A stretch of 63,030 nucleotides of DNA, filler included, from Intoshia linei (Eukaryota > Animalia > Orthonectida): NCBI GenBank assembly GCA_001642005.1. It is 4 parts of 4 records of this genome, joined end to end, with 100 filler letters (N's around TTAATTAATTAA, not from the genome) between each part and the next. Parts side by side here need not be neighbours in the genome. Positions count along the whole stretch, not along the records: positions 46,263 to 53,697 come from LWCA01001556.1; positions 53,798 to 63,030 come from LWCA01001385.1; 2 more parts are not named here. The stretch is one strand, 5' to 3'. This document shows positions 52,186-63,030 of the stretch, one piece after another; position 1 is the stretch's first letter; the number at the start of each line of letters is the position of its first letter. Both the position numbers and the translations under genes were made by a program. Below the pieces are notes generated by a model. The model saw only the letters and a program-made list of their open reading frames with translations, had not been told where the DNA came from and searched no databases.

Positions 52186-52717
52186 ATGGATTCATCAGAT
52201 CAAATTTCTCTCAAAGATTTTTCGGTATTATCTTCTGTATATCAAATTATTCAGAGGTAAATAGATTAAATAATAAAATATCTGTAAAATTTATATTGGG
52301 TGGATCGTTTTCGCATATAAGTGTTTATGGTCAATCAAATTTATTTTTCTAATAAATGTATGTTTCGCAATTCGCGACTACGATTGTATTCTTTTATTTT
52401 AATTGAAGACAAACCTACTTTAATGATTTTAATTAGTTCTTTTTCATAATTTAATATTTAGAGTACGAGATGATGAAGATATTGCCAATAATATTACGAA
52501 ATTGGTTCAAAATTTGGAAAATCTGAAAAAATATATATTAAATGCCCATATTATGGATAATCCAATTTGCGAATTGGAGGAAGAATTATTTTTATCTAAT
52601 CATGAATTGTTTAGAAAACAGAAATTAATTGATAAACTTAAAACAGATTTTAATAATTTTCGCGAAGAAAAAAATGTTTCACAAAATGTGGATTTCTTAT
52701 CACAAGACCGCAACTAA
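52186..52717 (+). CDS. MED9: Mediator subunit 9-like (2 exons)
   Basis: DFSVLSSVYQIIQR|VRDDEDIANNITKLVQNLENLKKYI...ELEEELFLSNHELFRKQKLIDKLK parallels MED9 (YSFLPLVHNII...L..LK.KFQE.RK.I...Q.RTKNELLQKYK). Confidence 0.6.
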
Positions 52718-52799
52718 TTTATTAAGTTATATTGTAATTAAATTTATGACGTTTGTTCCATGTGTGATAGTCAAAGGCAGTGGTGGCCAGTTTAATTAA

Positions 52800-52901
52800 C
52801 CCTTAGACACTACGATGGAACTTTGACTTTATTATTGTTAGTAACTTTCATATTATTGAAATTTCAAATTACTCATATCTGAGTAATGCAGTGTCTAAGG
52901 G
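52800..52901. mobile_element. 102-bp piggyBac-type MITE
   Basis: TTAA|CCCTTAGACACT...AGTGTCTAAGGG|TTAA. Confidence 0.88.
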
Positions 52902-53697
52902 TTAATTAATGGATGAGGTGACCCCATTGGAGTCACAAAATTAAATATAACTTAATTCTATTGTTAATTTTAATGTACAGTCAGCGTTTAAAGCAGTGAT
53001 TTCCAACGTGAGGCTTAGAAAATTTGAGTGGGGCTTGTGAATATTTGGTTGGGCTTTAAAAAATTTAGAAAACAAATTAATTGATTAGTCATCAATGATT
53101 TCTATTGTTACAAATTATTGATAAGCTCAATTTTTTTAAAATTTGCATATATTTTTAGAGGTATTTTTACATGCCTTTTTGATTATAATGATGATCATTG
53201 ACTACATCACATTTATATCATTTACCACACGCATAGTATTAAAATTAGCTTTTATTTAGACAGAATGTGTGTATAATATTAAAAATAAAGCAAAAACAGT
53301 CCAATCCTAAAAATTATCATAAATCATCATTATAATTTTATAATATACTAGGTTGACTGTTATGTACTACGTACAAACAGCACCTAGTTCTGCCGAGGGC
53401 ACATTTTTATTATACCAAAAAAATAAATTCACGTTGAAAATCTAACTTAAAAATCCACTATTCGCTATTATCAATCCTTTAAAGGAGTGGTTCCCAAACT
53501 TGTTTCAGGTGGAACCATGATTCTACAATTTATGAATTCATTATTGAACCACTAATATAACATTAATACATTTTATGACTTGTTTTGATCTAAATAAGTA
53601 CTAAATATATTAAAATACAAAATTAAATTATAGAAAATCAGATAAACTGGCTTAGAATAAATATTTTTAAATTCTAAAAAAGATAATTTAAAATAAA

Positions 53698-53797
53698 NNN
53701 NNNNNNNNNNNNNNNNNNNNNNNNNNNNNNNNNNNNNNNNNTTAATTAATTAANNNNNNNNNNNNNNNNNNNNNNNNNNNNNNNNNNNNNNNNNNNN
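53698..53797. other. Assembly gap with linker
   Basis: N-runs around TTAATTAATTAA. Confidence 0.97.
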
Positions 53798-53850
53798 ACA
53801 ATAAAATTTGAATTGAAAGTTCTAACAATTTGAAATTTAAAAAGAATTAA

Positions 53851-54087
53851 CTCTTACGAGACAATAACACGTATACATGCAAAAAAATCAATTGATAAAT
53901 TTAAATTGTTTGCTATTATTATTAATAAATTAAATTTAAAAAAAACTTTGGGTTGTGCCTTTAAAGATTTGAACAAATTATAACTCATCGTAACTAACAT
54001 TTATATACTATTTTTTTGAACTTTTTGTTTGAAACACAGTGAAGTATTTTTATAATAAAATAAAGTAATATAATAGTCTCGTAAGGA
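53851..54087. mobile_element. piggyBac-type MITE nested in another repeat
   Basis: TTAA|CTCTTACGAGAC...GTCTCGTAAGGA|TTAA. The flanks join to match an uninterrupted copy at ~24155-24263. Confidence 0.75.
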
Positions 54088-54391
54088 TTAACAATTTAAA
54101 ATATGAAATATAAATGTTAATTTTATTGGTATTTAGCATTGCAAATTATTTTTTTACATAATTCACTATGATTTTTCAAATGAATGTAAAAATCAATAAA
54201 CTCTCTTTATAATTATAATTTTTTTGGCATAATTAAAAAATAATTAATTTTTATTAATTAATAAATTTGACTTGATCCAAATTAAACGATATAAAGTGTG
54301 TTTTTATAAAATATAAATTTATTAAAACTTCACTTTATTAAGAAAGTAAAATATTAGAAGTAAAATATTGACTAAAATTAGCTATGGTATT

Positions 54392-54510
54392 TACTACCAA
54401 AATAAAATATGAGCTACTAAAATAAAGTATAATTTGTATGGAATTTACTAAAATAAAGTATGAGCTACTAAAATAAAGTATTTGCTACCAAAATAACGTA
54501 TATTTACCAG
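54392..54510. repeat. Degenerate ~21-bp tandem repeat (CTACTAAAATAAAGTATGAG-like)
   Basis: About 5 visible units. Confidence 0.65.
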
Positions 54511-57500
54511 GTAGTTTTCCTAAAAATAAGTGTCAAATAAACCTCGTTTTGGGGCACTTTATTTTTTCAAAAATTTTAAATAAAAATAGTGAACGATAAA
54601 TTAAATGACACAAAATTAGAATTAGCTCAATTATTAAAAGATAAAAAATTACATTTGTTTTTATTAGATATTATGTAAATATTAAGTTGTTATTGTCTTA
54701 TCTCAATATTCATGCGTTTATCAAATTTTCAATTCTATTTATATTTTTTTTAATACTATAAAAATCTATTTTTTAAATAAATGCTTAATTTTTTGTGATA
54801 TACCCCACAAACGAATTTTTATCAACTTTCTTACTATGATTAAATACTATCATCGTTCGATTAATTTAATACATAATAGAATATTATCATTACCCTCAGT
54901 TTTTGGAACACTCCCGCTTTTTGGGGCACTTTTCAAAAAATGTACCCCAACACGGGATTATACTGTACTAACTAGACTGTTATGTACTTCGTACAAGCAG
55001 CACTAGGGCGTTTTTTAATTCTACCAAAAAAATTTAAATCTTAATTAAAAATGCTACACTTACTATTATCAATCCTTAGAGGGAATTGTTCCTAAAATTA
55101 TTTAAAAAAATGAATTATTCCCATTTAATTTTATATGGTTATCATTTTTGTAAAGAATTTTAAAAACAGTGAGTATAATTTTAAATATAAAGTCAACAGC
55201 AAATCCTAAAAATTTTCATAAATACCTTAAATTCCAGAAAAAATAAACCTGTATATTCAGTACACGTATGCTTTCGATAAATATAAAACATAAATTTTGT
55301 ATATATAATTAACGGAATCAGCACTTTAGAAACATTTCGGATAAATTTTATTAAAGGGTAATCTGGTTTTCGTCGTAAAAATTAACTTTTTTAATAGTGC
55401 AATTTATTATGTTAATGATTTTAAAAATTGTACCAGAATTTAAGTTTTATAAAATTTTAGAACATATTTCATTTTTTAAACGGTAATTTGTGGCTTTGAT
55501 CATGAAGATGTGCTTTTCTGAGGCTGAGATTTAAGACAATATTAATGATTCTAAAACGCGTCCCAATGTATGTTTTATTAAATTTATGTGCTAATTTATT
55601 TTTTAAACAAAAGGGAAAATTGGGTTTTTGATCCTGAAAGACTCAAATTCGGAAAGTGAAAAATAGATATAAACACGCTCTGTAAAAAACTGTATTAGCA
55701 ATTGGGTTTTTTTAGATTTACGAGGGTCAATTTTTTAAATAAACGGTAACACGGACATTCAATTATATAAGTAACGTATAAATATCAAGTCATGTGTGCA
55801 TTTAAACTAAAATATGAAAGTTTAAAAATTTTAATGGAACATTTAATCTAGATACGTTTTGAGGTTAATTATGACAATCATTATTAAATATTTGACTTAC
55901 AACTCGATTATAATATCATTTCTCCAAACAACATAAGACCCTTGCAATATTTCATAATTTATGTTCTTAGAGTCGATTAAATTTCTAAAAAATACCTAAA
56001 TTAAAATAAATTATTGACTTAAATTTCGGAAATTGACATATATCGTTGAAAGGAAAAAATGTGTATTTAACTCACCACATGAGTCATTTTCAAAGGTGCG
56101 AAGAAATTTTCTTAATTATACATGATTAAAGAAATAAATACAATATTTTAGAATAGTGGGAGCAGTGGTTCCCAAACCACTGTGGACAACTTGTCAAAAA
56201 AAAATGTACGTTTCTGAGGATGAGATTTACCACAATATTATTGATTTTATAACGTATCCCAGAATCTGATCAGACCCTACCCATTTCGAGACAACCCAAA
56301 AATAAGAAATAGGCCTCTCAAAATTAATAGTATCTTATACCCCTAACGACCTCTCTAAAGGTCTTGACTTGATATTTTAAATTTAACACACAAAATAGTT
56401 ATAATATTCAAGTATTTAATTTTTTTAATGCTGAATTTGGAAATATGACCATCGTTTCACAAAAATTTCGTCGAGGCCCCGAAAAGGGTTTCGGATACGG
56501 TAGATTCAGCATTGCCCAGAATTAATTTTATTATAATTTTTAACATGTTATTTAAAAAAAAAGGCAAATTTGGTATTTGACCCTGAAGGACTCAATTTCG
56601 GAAAATGACACTTGAATAAAAACATCGCCCATAAAAAACTGTTGTAGAAGTTCGGTTTTTTAAATAAACGGTAAAGACATTCCAAATTTATTATTGTAAA
56701 TGATTTTGTCTTGATTTTTATCTTCATTATTTTTTTAACAAACTGTTCTAAATTGACAAATTAGAATAAACAATACCGGTTAGGTTTAATGATAGACGTC
56801 AATATTTATTATGAACAAGGGTATCAGACTCAATTGGCTCGGTCGGTCAAATGTGAAAAAAATTAATTGCGGTGCACAAAAATGTTTACGAAAACCATTA
56901 TTAAACTAACGATTTTACTTAATTAATAGAATGAAATCAGTAACAATAATAACGGAATAATTGTACTAACAGTGTAAGTTAGTACTATTAACTAATGATG
57001 AAAAATAATATTATAACGCGGGCCGCATATTCCAAAATTGGGGACGCAAATGGCCCACGGTCGGCATCTTGAATTTTAATCCGATCTTCAGGTTAATCTT
57101 GATCTCGAAAATATCGTTGAAAAAGATTAACAATAGTCAATTATGCTATGAAAGATTCCATACCATCGTATATATGATTATTTTTATGTAATGATATTTT
57201 TTTAGTGGGCGCCATCAAGTAAAACAAATGAAATGTTTCTTAATTGCATCGCTAGTTAAAGAATGTCGTGGGCGACATTAACTACATGTATTAATGCTTA
57301 ATTTAAGTAGGTTTATTATTTTGTTTATTGTATGCCTAATTCCAGAAAATTCATCTTTTCAACTGGGTTAAAAGTTATAATTTATAACTCTTACATATCA
57401 AATTCAAATTTCAGCTGATACGATAATGATAAGTGATTACCAATACAATTACCAATTTTTCAGAAATGGCAACTTGAACATCTTTGTGCAACAGAGCATA

Positions 57501-57676
57501 ATAGTTATAATTATAAAATATAATAGAAAGCATTGCGCCAAGTACAATCTTCCATGGTAAATCAATAAATTTATTTATAAAGTATGTGTTGTCATTTTTT
57601 TCTAAAATATATTAGTTTCAATTATACTTTATTTAATTTATAAACAAAATTTTAATATTTTATTTCGTTCAAAAGC

Positions 57677-60600
57677 ATGAAACATACAGAAATTTCAAAA
57701 TTGTCAGGTGCCAATTTGAAAAGACAACGTGCAATGTATACTTATGTTTTGTTTAAAAATATACTTTTCTTGGACATTATATTTGAAATATAAAATATTT
57801 GTAAATCATAACATAGAAATATTGATGCGAAAACTTTGGTTTGCAATGGTACAACAATGAAAACTAAAGGTTTACATACATCCCTGAAACGTCAATGTAA
57901 CGAGGTATGTTGATATTTGATAAGAGGAATATGTGGAACAAATTCTAGAATAGTCATTGTTCATAAACAGATTTGCATTTCATTTTAATGTACCATTTTT
58001 AATAATGAGAGCAAAAAATTTTAATCGGAATAGATTATCACCTATTATTTCCTTGTTTTATAATGTTACTGTGATTAAGGTTGTTTTTTTTTATTTTTTT
58101 GTATAGGTTCTCTCTGATACGGCTACACCTAATGAAGAAAATAAGCCAATGAATATCGCTGAAGTTAATCCCATTGATTCTTCAAATTTGATGTGTAAGT
58201 GAATTAATTTAATAAATGTAATTTTTCTTTTAATTTTTTAGCTCCAAATGAACCATCAAAATTGAAGTTAGTTAAAGAAGCACGAAAAAAATCATCAGTT
58301 TCTTATGAAGAAAGTAAGAAAACAAGTGATTCCGAACCACCCAAAAACGATGATGATGGACACATCATCTTTTCGAGTGGGGATGTTTTAACTAGCAAAT
58401 GTACATAAACATATTTCATGTATATACTTATTACTAGATTCAATCAAATCAATTTTGGGTTCAGGTACCTTTGGTAAAGTTATTTTAGCAGACTACTTGG
58501 ATAACAAGTTTATATTTATTTACATTTTTAACTGAATATAGATCAAATTATAAGCAGGTTGCAGTAAAAATTGTTAGAAATGTTAGAAAATATTACAACT
58601 CTGCCTGTATTGAAATTCAAATTTTAGAAAAAATAGGTCGATTCGATCCTAATGATGAAAGGTAACTCACATTAAAATTTTATTCATGACTAGTGGTTGC
58701 ATCGAAATGTTGGATTATTTTGATTTTCACGGCCACATGTGTATAGTTTTTCCAGTTTTAGGTCCAAGTGTTTTCCAATTTATGGTAATCATTTATATCA
58801 TGATTAAAAATTTTTTCTAGCTAGCAAACGAATATATCCCTTACTCTATGAAGGTCATCAGACACATATCTTATCAGTTGTGCCTTGCTATAGAATGTAA
58901 TTTTAAACAAACATATGTGCCATAATTTTATTTACTTTTTTATTTACTCATATTTATTACACTAATTAAGTGGTTATAAGATACACAATATATTATACAT
59001 ATACTTTGCAATAAATGTTTTAATCTCATTTGGGTTTAGCATATGCATATAAAAATTTAGAAAACTACTAAGACCATAAATATTATATTAACGATATAAG
59101 ACGAGCATTGTTCAAGTTTTAATTTTTTGTCAAACTAGTAGGACAAACGTTTACATTTTGGCAATCCTTTTTTATGTCAATAAAATTTAATTAGTTAAAA
59201 TGCAAATTAGATCAAATGATATTGTGCACTGTTCCAAAAATTTTAATGAACCATAGCATAATTGATATTCATCCAAAGTAGTCACTATTAATATTTGTTG
59301 TATCGATTTTAATTTCCATCGGATTTATGACTATAATGATATTCAATGAACTATAAAATGTATGCATTTATAATAGTCTTGTTATAAAATGTAATCATTT
59401 CGATGATAAATAATTATTTATAATAATTTAAGTAATAATTCATATTTGATGATGTGGTAATTTTAAAGTGGATGTAAAACCCATTCATAATTTTAAGTTT
59501 GCTAAGGCGAGGCAATATTACATTACTTTTTTTTATAAAGAAAATTGTTTTTTATTTTATATTTGAATAGCACGATTTACTGTTTAACAACATAAACATA
59601 TTGTAATAATTTTGTATTCTTTACAAAATATCATTTTTATGACAAAGTAAACACGGGATAATAATTTTTTAAATAGATCTGAAATGTATTTGTATTTATG
59701 TTCTAAACAGGGGATTTAAATGTGAGATTAGAGCCATGTACGATTTTAAGAAATTTGATACCTTATAATATAATTTAACATACAAATATATATTTCATTA
59801 AAAACTTATAATTTGACCACTTTTTTAAATTTTTTCAATTTTTATTGAGATTCGATAGTTTAAACCAGTAACTGGAATGGTGGTGTACATTAGGGTGTCA
59901 CATCCATCAAAGAATCAAGGGCAATTAACACTAACAGTGTGTATTTTTAAAATAGAAGAACTAATTCGCAATCAAAAACATTTAACGCTATCTATTCGAG
60001 TTGCGTTTGACATTTTAAATATCACTGTCAAATTATTATGGAGAAATTAAAAGTGACGTTTATTTTAACAGAAATTGGCGTTTGAGACTTTAAACGTGGT
60101 ATTGACTTTATAATATTGTTCTCCATGTTTAGTCATACAGTTTATTTTTTTTAAATTTGTTTCTAGCTCAATTTTTTTGGATTTTATGGAATTCATATTA
60201 TGCAAAAATTTAAAATTTAAACAATGTTAATTGGCTATTTAACCAGAATTCGAGAAATTAAATCGTTAATAAAATCCAAAAAAATTGAGCTAGGAATAAA
60301 TTTAAAAAAATAAACTGTATGACTAAACATGGAGAACAATATTTTAAAGTCGATACCACGTTTAAAGGCTCAAACACTATATATTGTATTATTATATACT
60401 ATACAATATTTTTTAAAATCTACCCTATCTGAATTAATCTTCCCTCTGGGCAATATCGCCCACTTTGGGAACTCTTCATCTAAATTAATATCGTCAATTT
60501 TGTGAAAATAACTGTTTTCTGATATACGTTGTTTTAATCAATGTGAGGTATGATAGTTTTTGTTTTTGAAAATTAATTTTTTTTTCTCTGAGTTTTTTCT

Positions 60601-62013
60601 CTTTACAAAATTAAGAAATCAGTGGAATTTCTTCAAAATGCATATGCATGTAGTTGATAATTGAGAATCACTACTAAACATTTTTAAAATTATGGTACTT
60701 CGATTTGATTGTATACGAGTGTACGGAACTATATAATTTACTAATTTTTGTATTTTTTAGTTTTACATAAACACAGGCTAACTCATACAGATTTAAAACC
60801 AGAAAATATTCTGTTTGTTAATGGAGATTTTGATATTAATGTAAATAGAAGCGTAAGCACATTATTTTATTTTAACGGTTTCCCATTTATATTCAGGCAT
60901 GATTGGCTATGTTTAGCTTCTAATTATTGGATTAGTGTAGTATATATTCAGAATTCACAAGCCGTACTAATCGAGGCTTTTCTGGATTTGGAATTATTGT
61001 TATCTCACATAGTTTGGTGAAAGTTTTTACATAGATAATACTTTTTAATTAATTGATAGAGTATATTTTGTTCAACCATAATTGTTTTCTGGTTTGGTTT
61101 AAAAATGAAGCTAAAGCAATTTCATACTTTGGCCCAAAAAATCCTGTACTATAATGTAAAGTACTTTCCGACTGGTTTCAGGCTGAGTAAGCAAAAAATG
61201 ACTACTAATGACAATTCGTGCGTCAATTGGAAATCTATATTAGATATTTGATTTATAATTTTGCTATTTTTAGGGACAAACTGTCAAAATAATCAGAAAA
61301 TCACATATTCGGATAATTGACTTTGGTTCTGCAACATTTAATGACGAGCACCACAGTACTATAGTTTCTACCAGACATTATCGCGCACCCGAAGTTATTT
61401 TAGGTACCTTATGGTTATTTTTTTATAATTTATGGTTTAGAATTGGGTTGGGAGGAACCATGTGACGTGTGGAGTGTTGGTTGTATCATGTTTGAATTAT
61501 ATACTGGGCATACACTGTTTCAAGTAATTTTAAAATTCTAGTCATTATTTTTCAATTAGACTTTTATGTAATTCTTTTATATATTTCCAGACCCATGATA
61601 ACTTGGAACATTTGGCAATAATGGAACGCGTTCTAGGAACTATTCCTAGATGGATGTCTCGTAAATCAGTGTAATGATACTTTATTATATTGAGTATATA
61701 ATTACATAAAATTTAGAAAGGCAAAATATTTCCGAAAAGGTCGCTTGGATTGGGACCCAACAACTAAAGACGGCCGTTATGTTAGATCAACCACCAAACA
61801 CATATTGGTATTAAAATGTATTTATTTAAATTAATTGTATTATAGAAATATTGTTCCTCTGATACAAGACATTATGAACTTTTTGATTTAATCGAAGCAA
61901 TGCTTGAGTACGACCCAAAAAGAAGGATAACTATGTCTGAATCTTTAAAACACAACTTTTTTGATGATCTTCCTGATAAATTAAAAATAATTAAACCACT
62001 GAAAGTTAAATAA
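57677..62013 (+). CDS. CLK: CLK/Doa (LAMMER) dual-specificity kinase, multi-exon
   Basis: [88 protein letters not shown]. The start codon is tentative; further 5' exons are possible at ~57150-57560. Confidence 0.93.
60080..60375. repeat. Long inverted repeat (foldback/MITE-like), ~107-bp arms, ~80-nt spacer
   Basis: 60080-60187 is the near-perfect reverse complement of 60269-60375. Confidence 0.9.
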
Positions 62014-63030
62014 TATGTATATTATAAAACATGTAAATAATTCATTTGTGCTGTAGCATTTAAAATAAATATATATCCTTTTTATTATATATTATAGAAA
62101 ATGACGGCAAATTAATGTACACAATTGTAGATGTATGATTTAGGGAATAGTGGTCAACCTTATTTATATAATTTAGCGGAAAGAACACATTCAAAATTTA
62201 CTACCCACCCTTAGTACATTGAATTACAGTACTCTTAATACAGTGACTAGAAAAATGTTTCTGATCGGAACCTATTTCAAAAAAATCTATCTTTAACTAA
62301 ATATTTTTAGTGTGATAGTATAAAAAATTAAAATTCGAAATAATTCCAAACACTTTCGCAGTATATATGAAAATTATCGGCAAAACCTAGTTAACCCTTT
62401 GATAAATTTTTAAAAATAAAAAATATTTATTTGAATATTTGTAGTAAGAATAATAAATTACACAATTCATGTAAAATGCGATTATTGCTATAATTTCACA
62501 TTTAATCTGCAACAATTTTAAATTCACATGTTAATATATCAATTTTGCTCACATGTAAAAATTATCATATTTTTGATCCATTATCGTATGTTTAAAAATA
62601 AACCTTTTCGTATTTTGGTCTCATTATTTATATAAATTATTGGAAAAAATTTTGAATACATTTTAAGTACGTATCGTTTGATATTTTCTTATATTTTGAA
62701 TCTACCTATATTAGGGCTGTTTAAAAAAAATTAAAATTCAAAAAAATACATCTTCAGGACCAAAACCACAAATATCTTCTTTTTTTTTAAATGAAAACAG
62801 ACCTAGAATTTAATAAAAATTACAGGTGGTACAGTTGTATCCTGTTAACAGACAAAAAAATTTTTTAATCTAAATAAGTGACGCCTTCACGGTCAAAAAA
62901 GTATTTTAGTTTTCATATATTTTTTTCCGAAATATTTTATTAAAACCAAAAATGTGAAATAATTAACGGTCCGAATATTAAAAAAAAAAAATTATTCTGA
63001 TAGAGCTTATTCCAGTTGATATAAATACAA

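Noticed and set aside
60748-61020. 90-aa ORF as a separate gene
   Set aside because: It is the [11 protein letters not shown] exon reading into flanking intron.
3879-62013. Non-standard (ciliate-type) genetic code
   Set aside because: TAA, TAG and TGA all terminate conserved genes at expected positions, and the well-resolved host gene models read through without stop reassignment.

Overview
AT-rich eukaryotic (animal-like) genomic scaffold using the standard code, with very short GT-AG introns (many about 30-45 nt) and three assembly gaps carrying an artificial TTAATTAATTAA linker. Gene content: a tandem array of four intronless, divergent MBOAT (MBOAT7/LPIAT1-like) acyltransferase genes, two of them frameshifted at A-runs; a TK2/dNK-type deoxynucleoside kinase; an extremely compact block (BAR/BIN3-like gene, two head-to-head calmodulin-like genes, last exon of COQ3); SMIM15; head-to-head PLAA and WDR18; an ~11 kb, ~40-exon signal-peptide-bearing Cys-rich (furin-like/VSP-like repeat) gene; head-to-head SMG8-like and MED9-like genes; and a CLK/LAMMER kinase. 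Introns and spacers are packed with DNA-transposon debris (hAT, Tc1/mariner, pogo, piggyBac-type MITEs, a Helentron-like dispersed repeat). The architecture suggests a reduced, fast-evolving metazoan genome (orthonectid-like, by inference only). The best candidates for something new are the MBOAT array (gene conversion plus homopolymer frameshifts), the exon-modular Cys-rich protein, and the 41-86 bp bidirectional promoters. Gene models were built by hand, protein identities come from remembered family motifs rather than database searches, and exon boundaries are approximate where stated.
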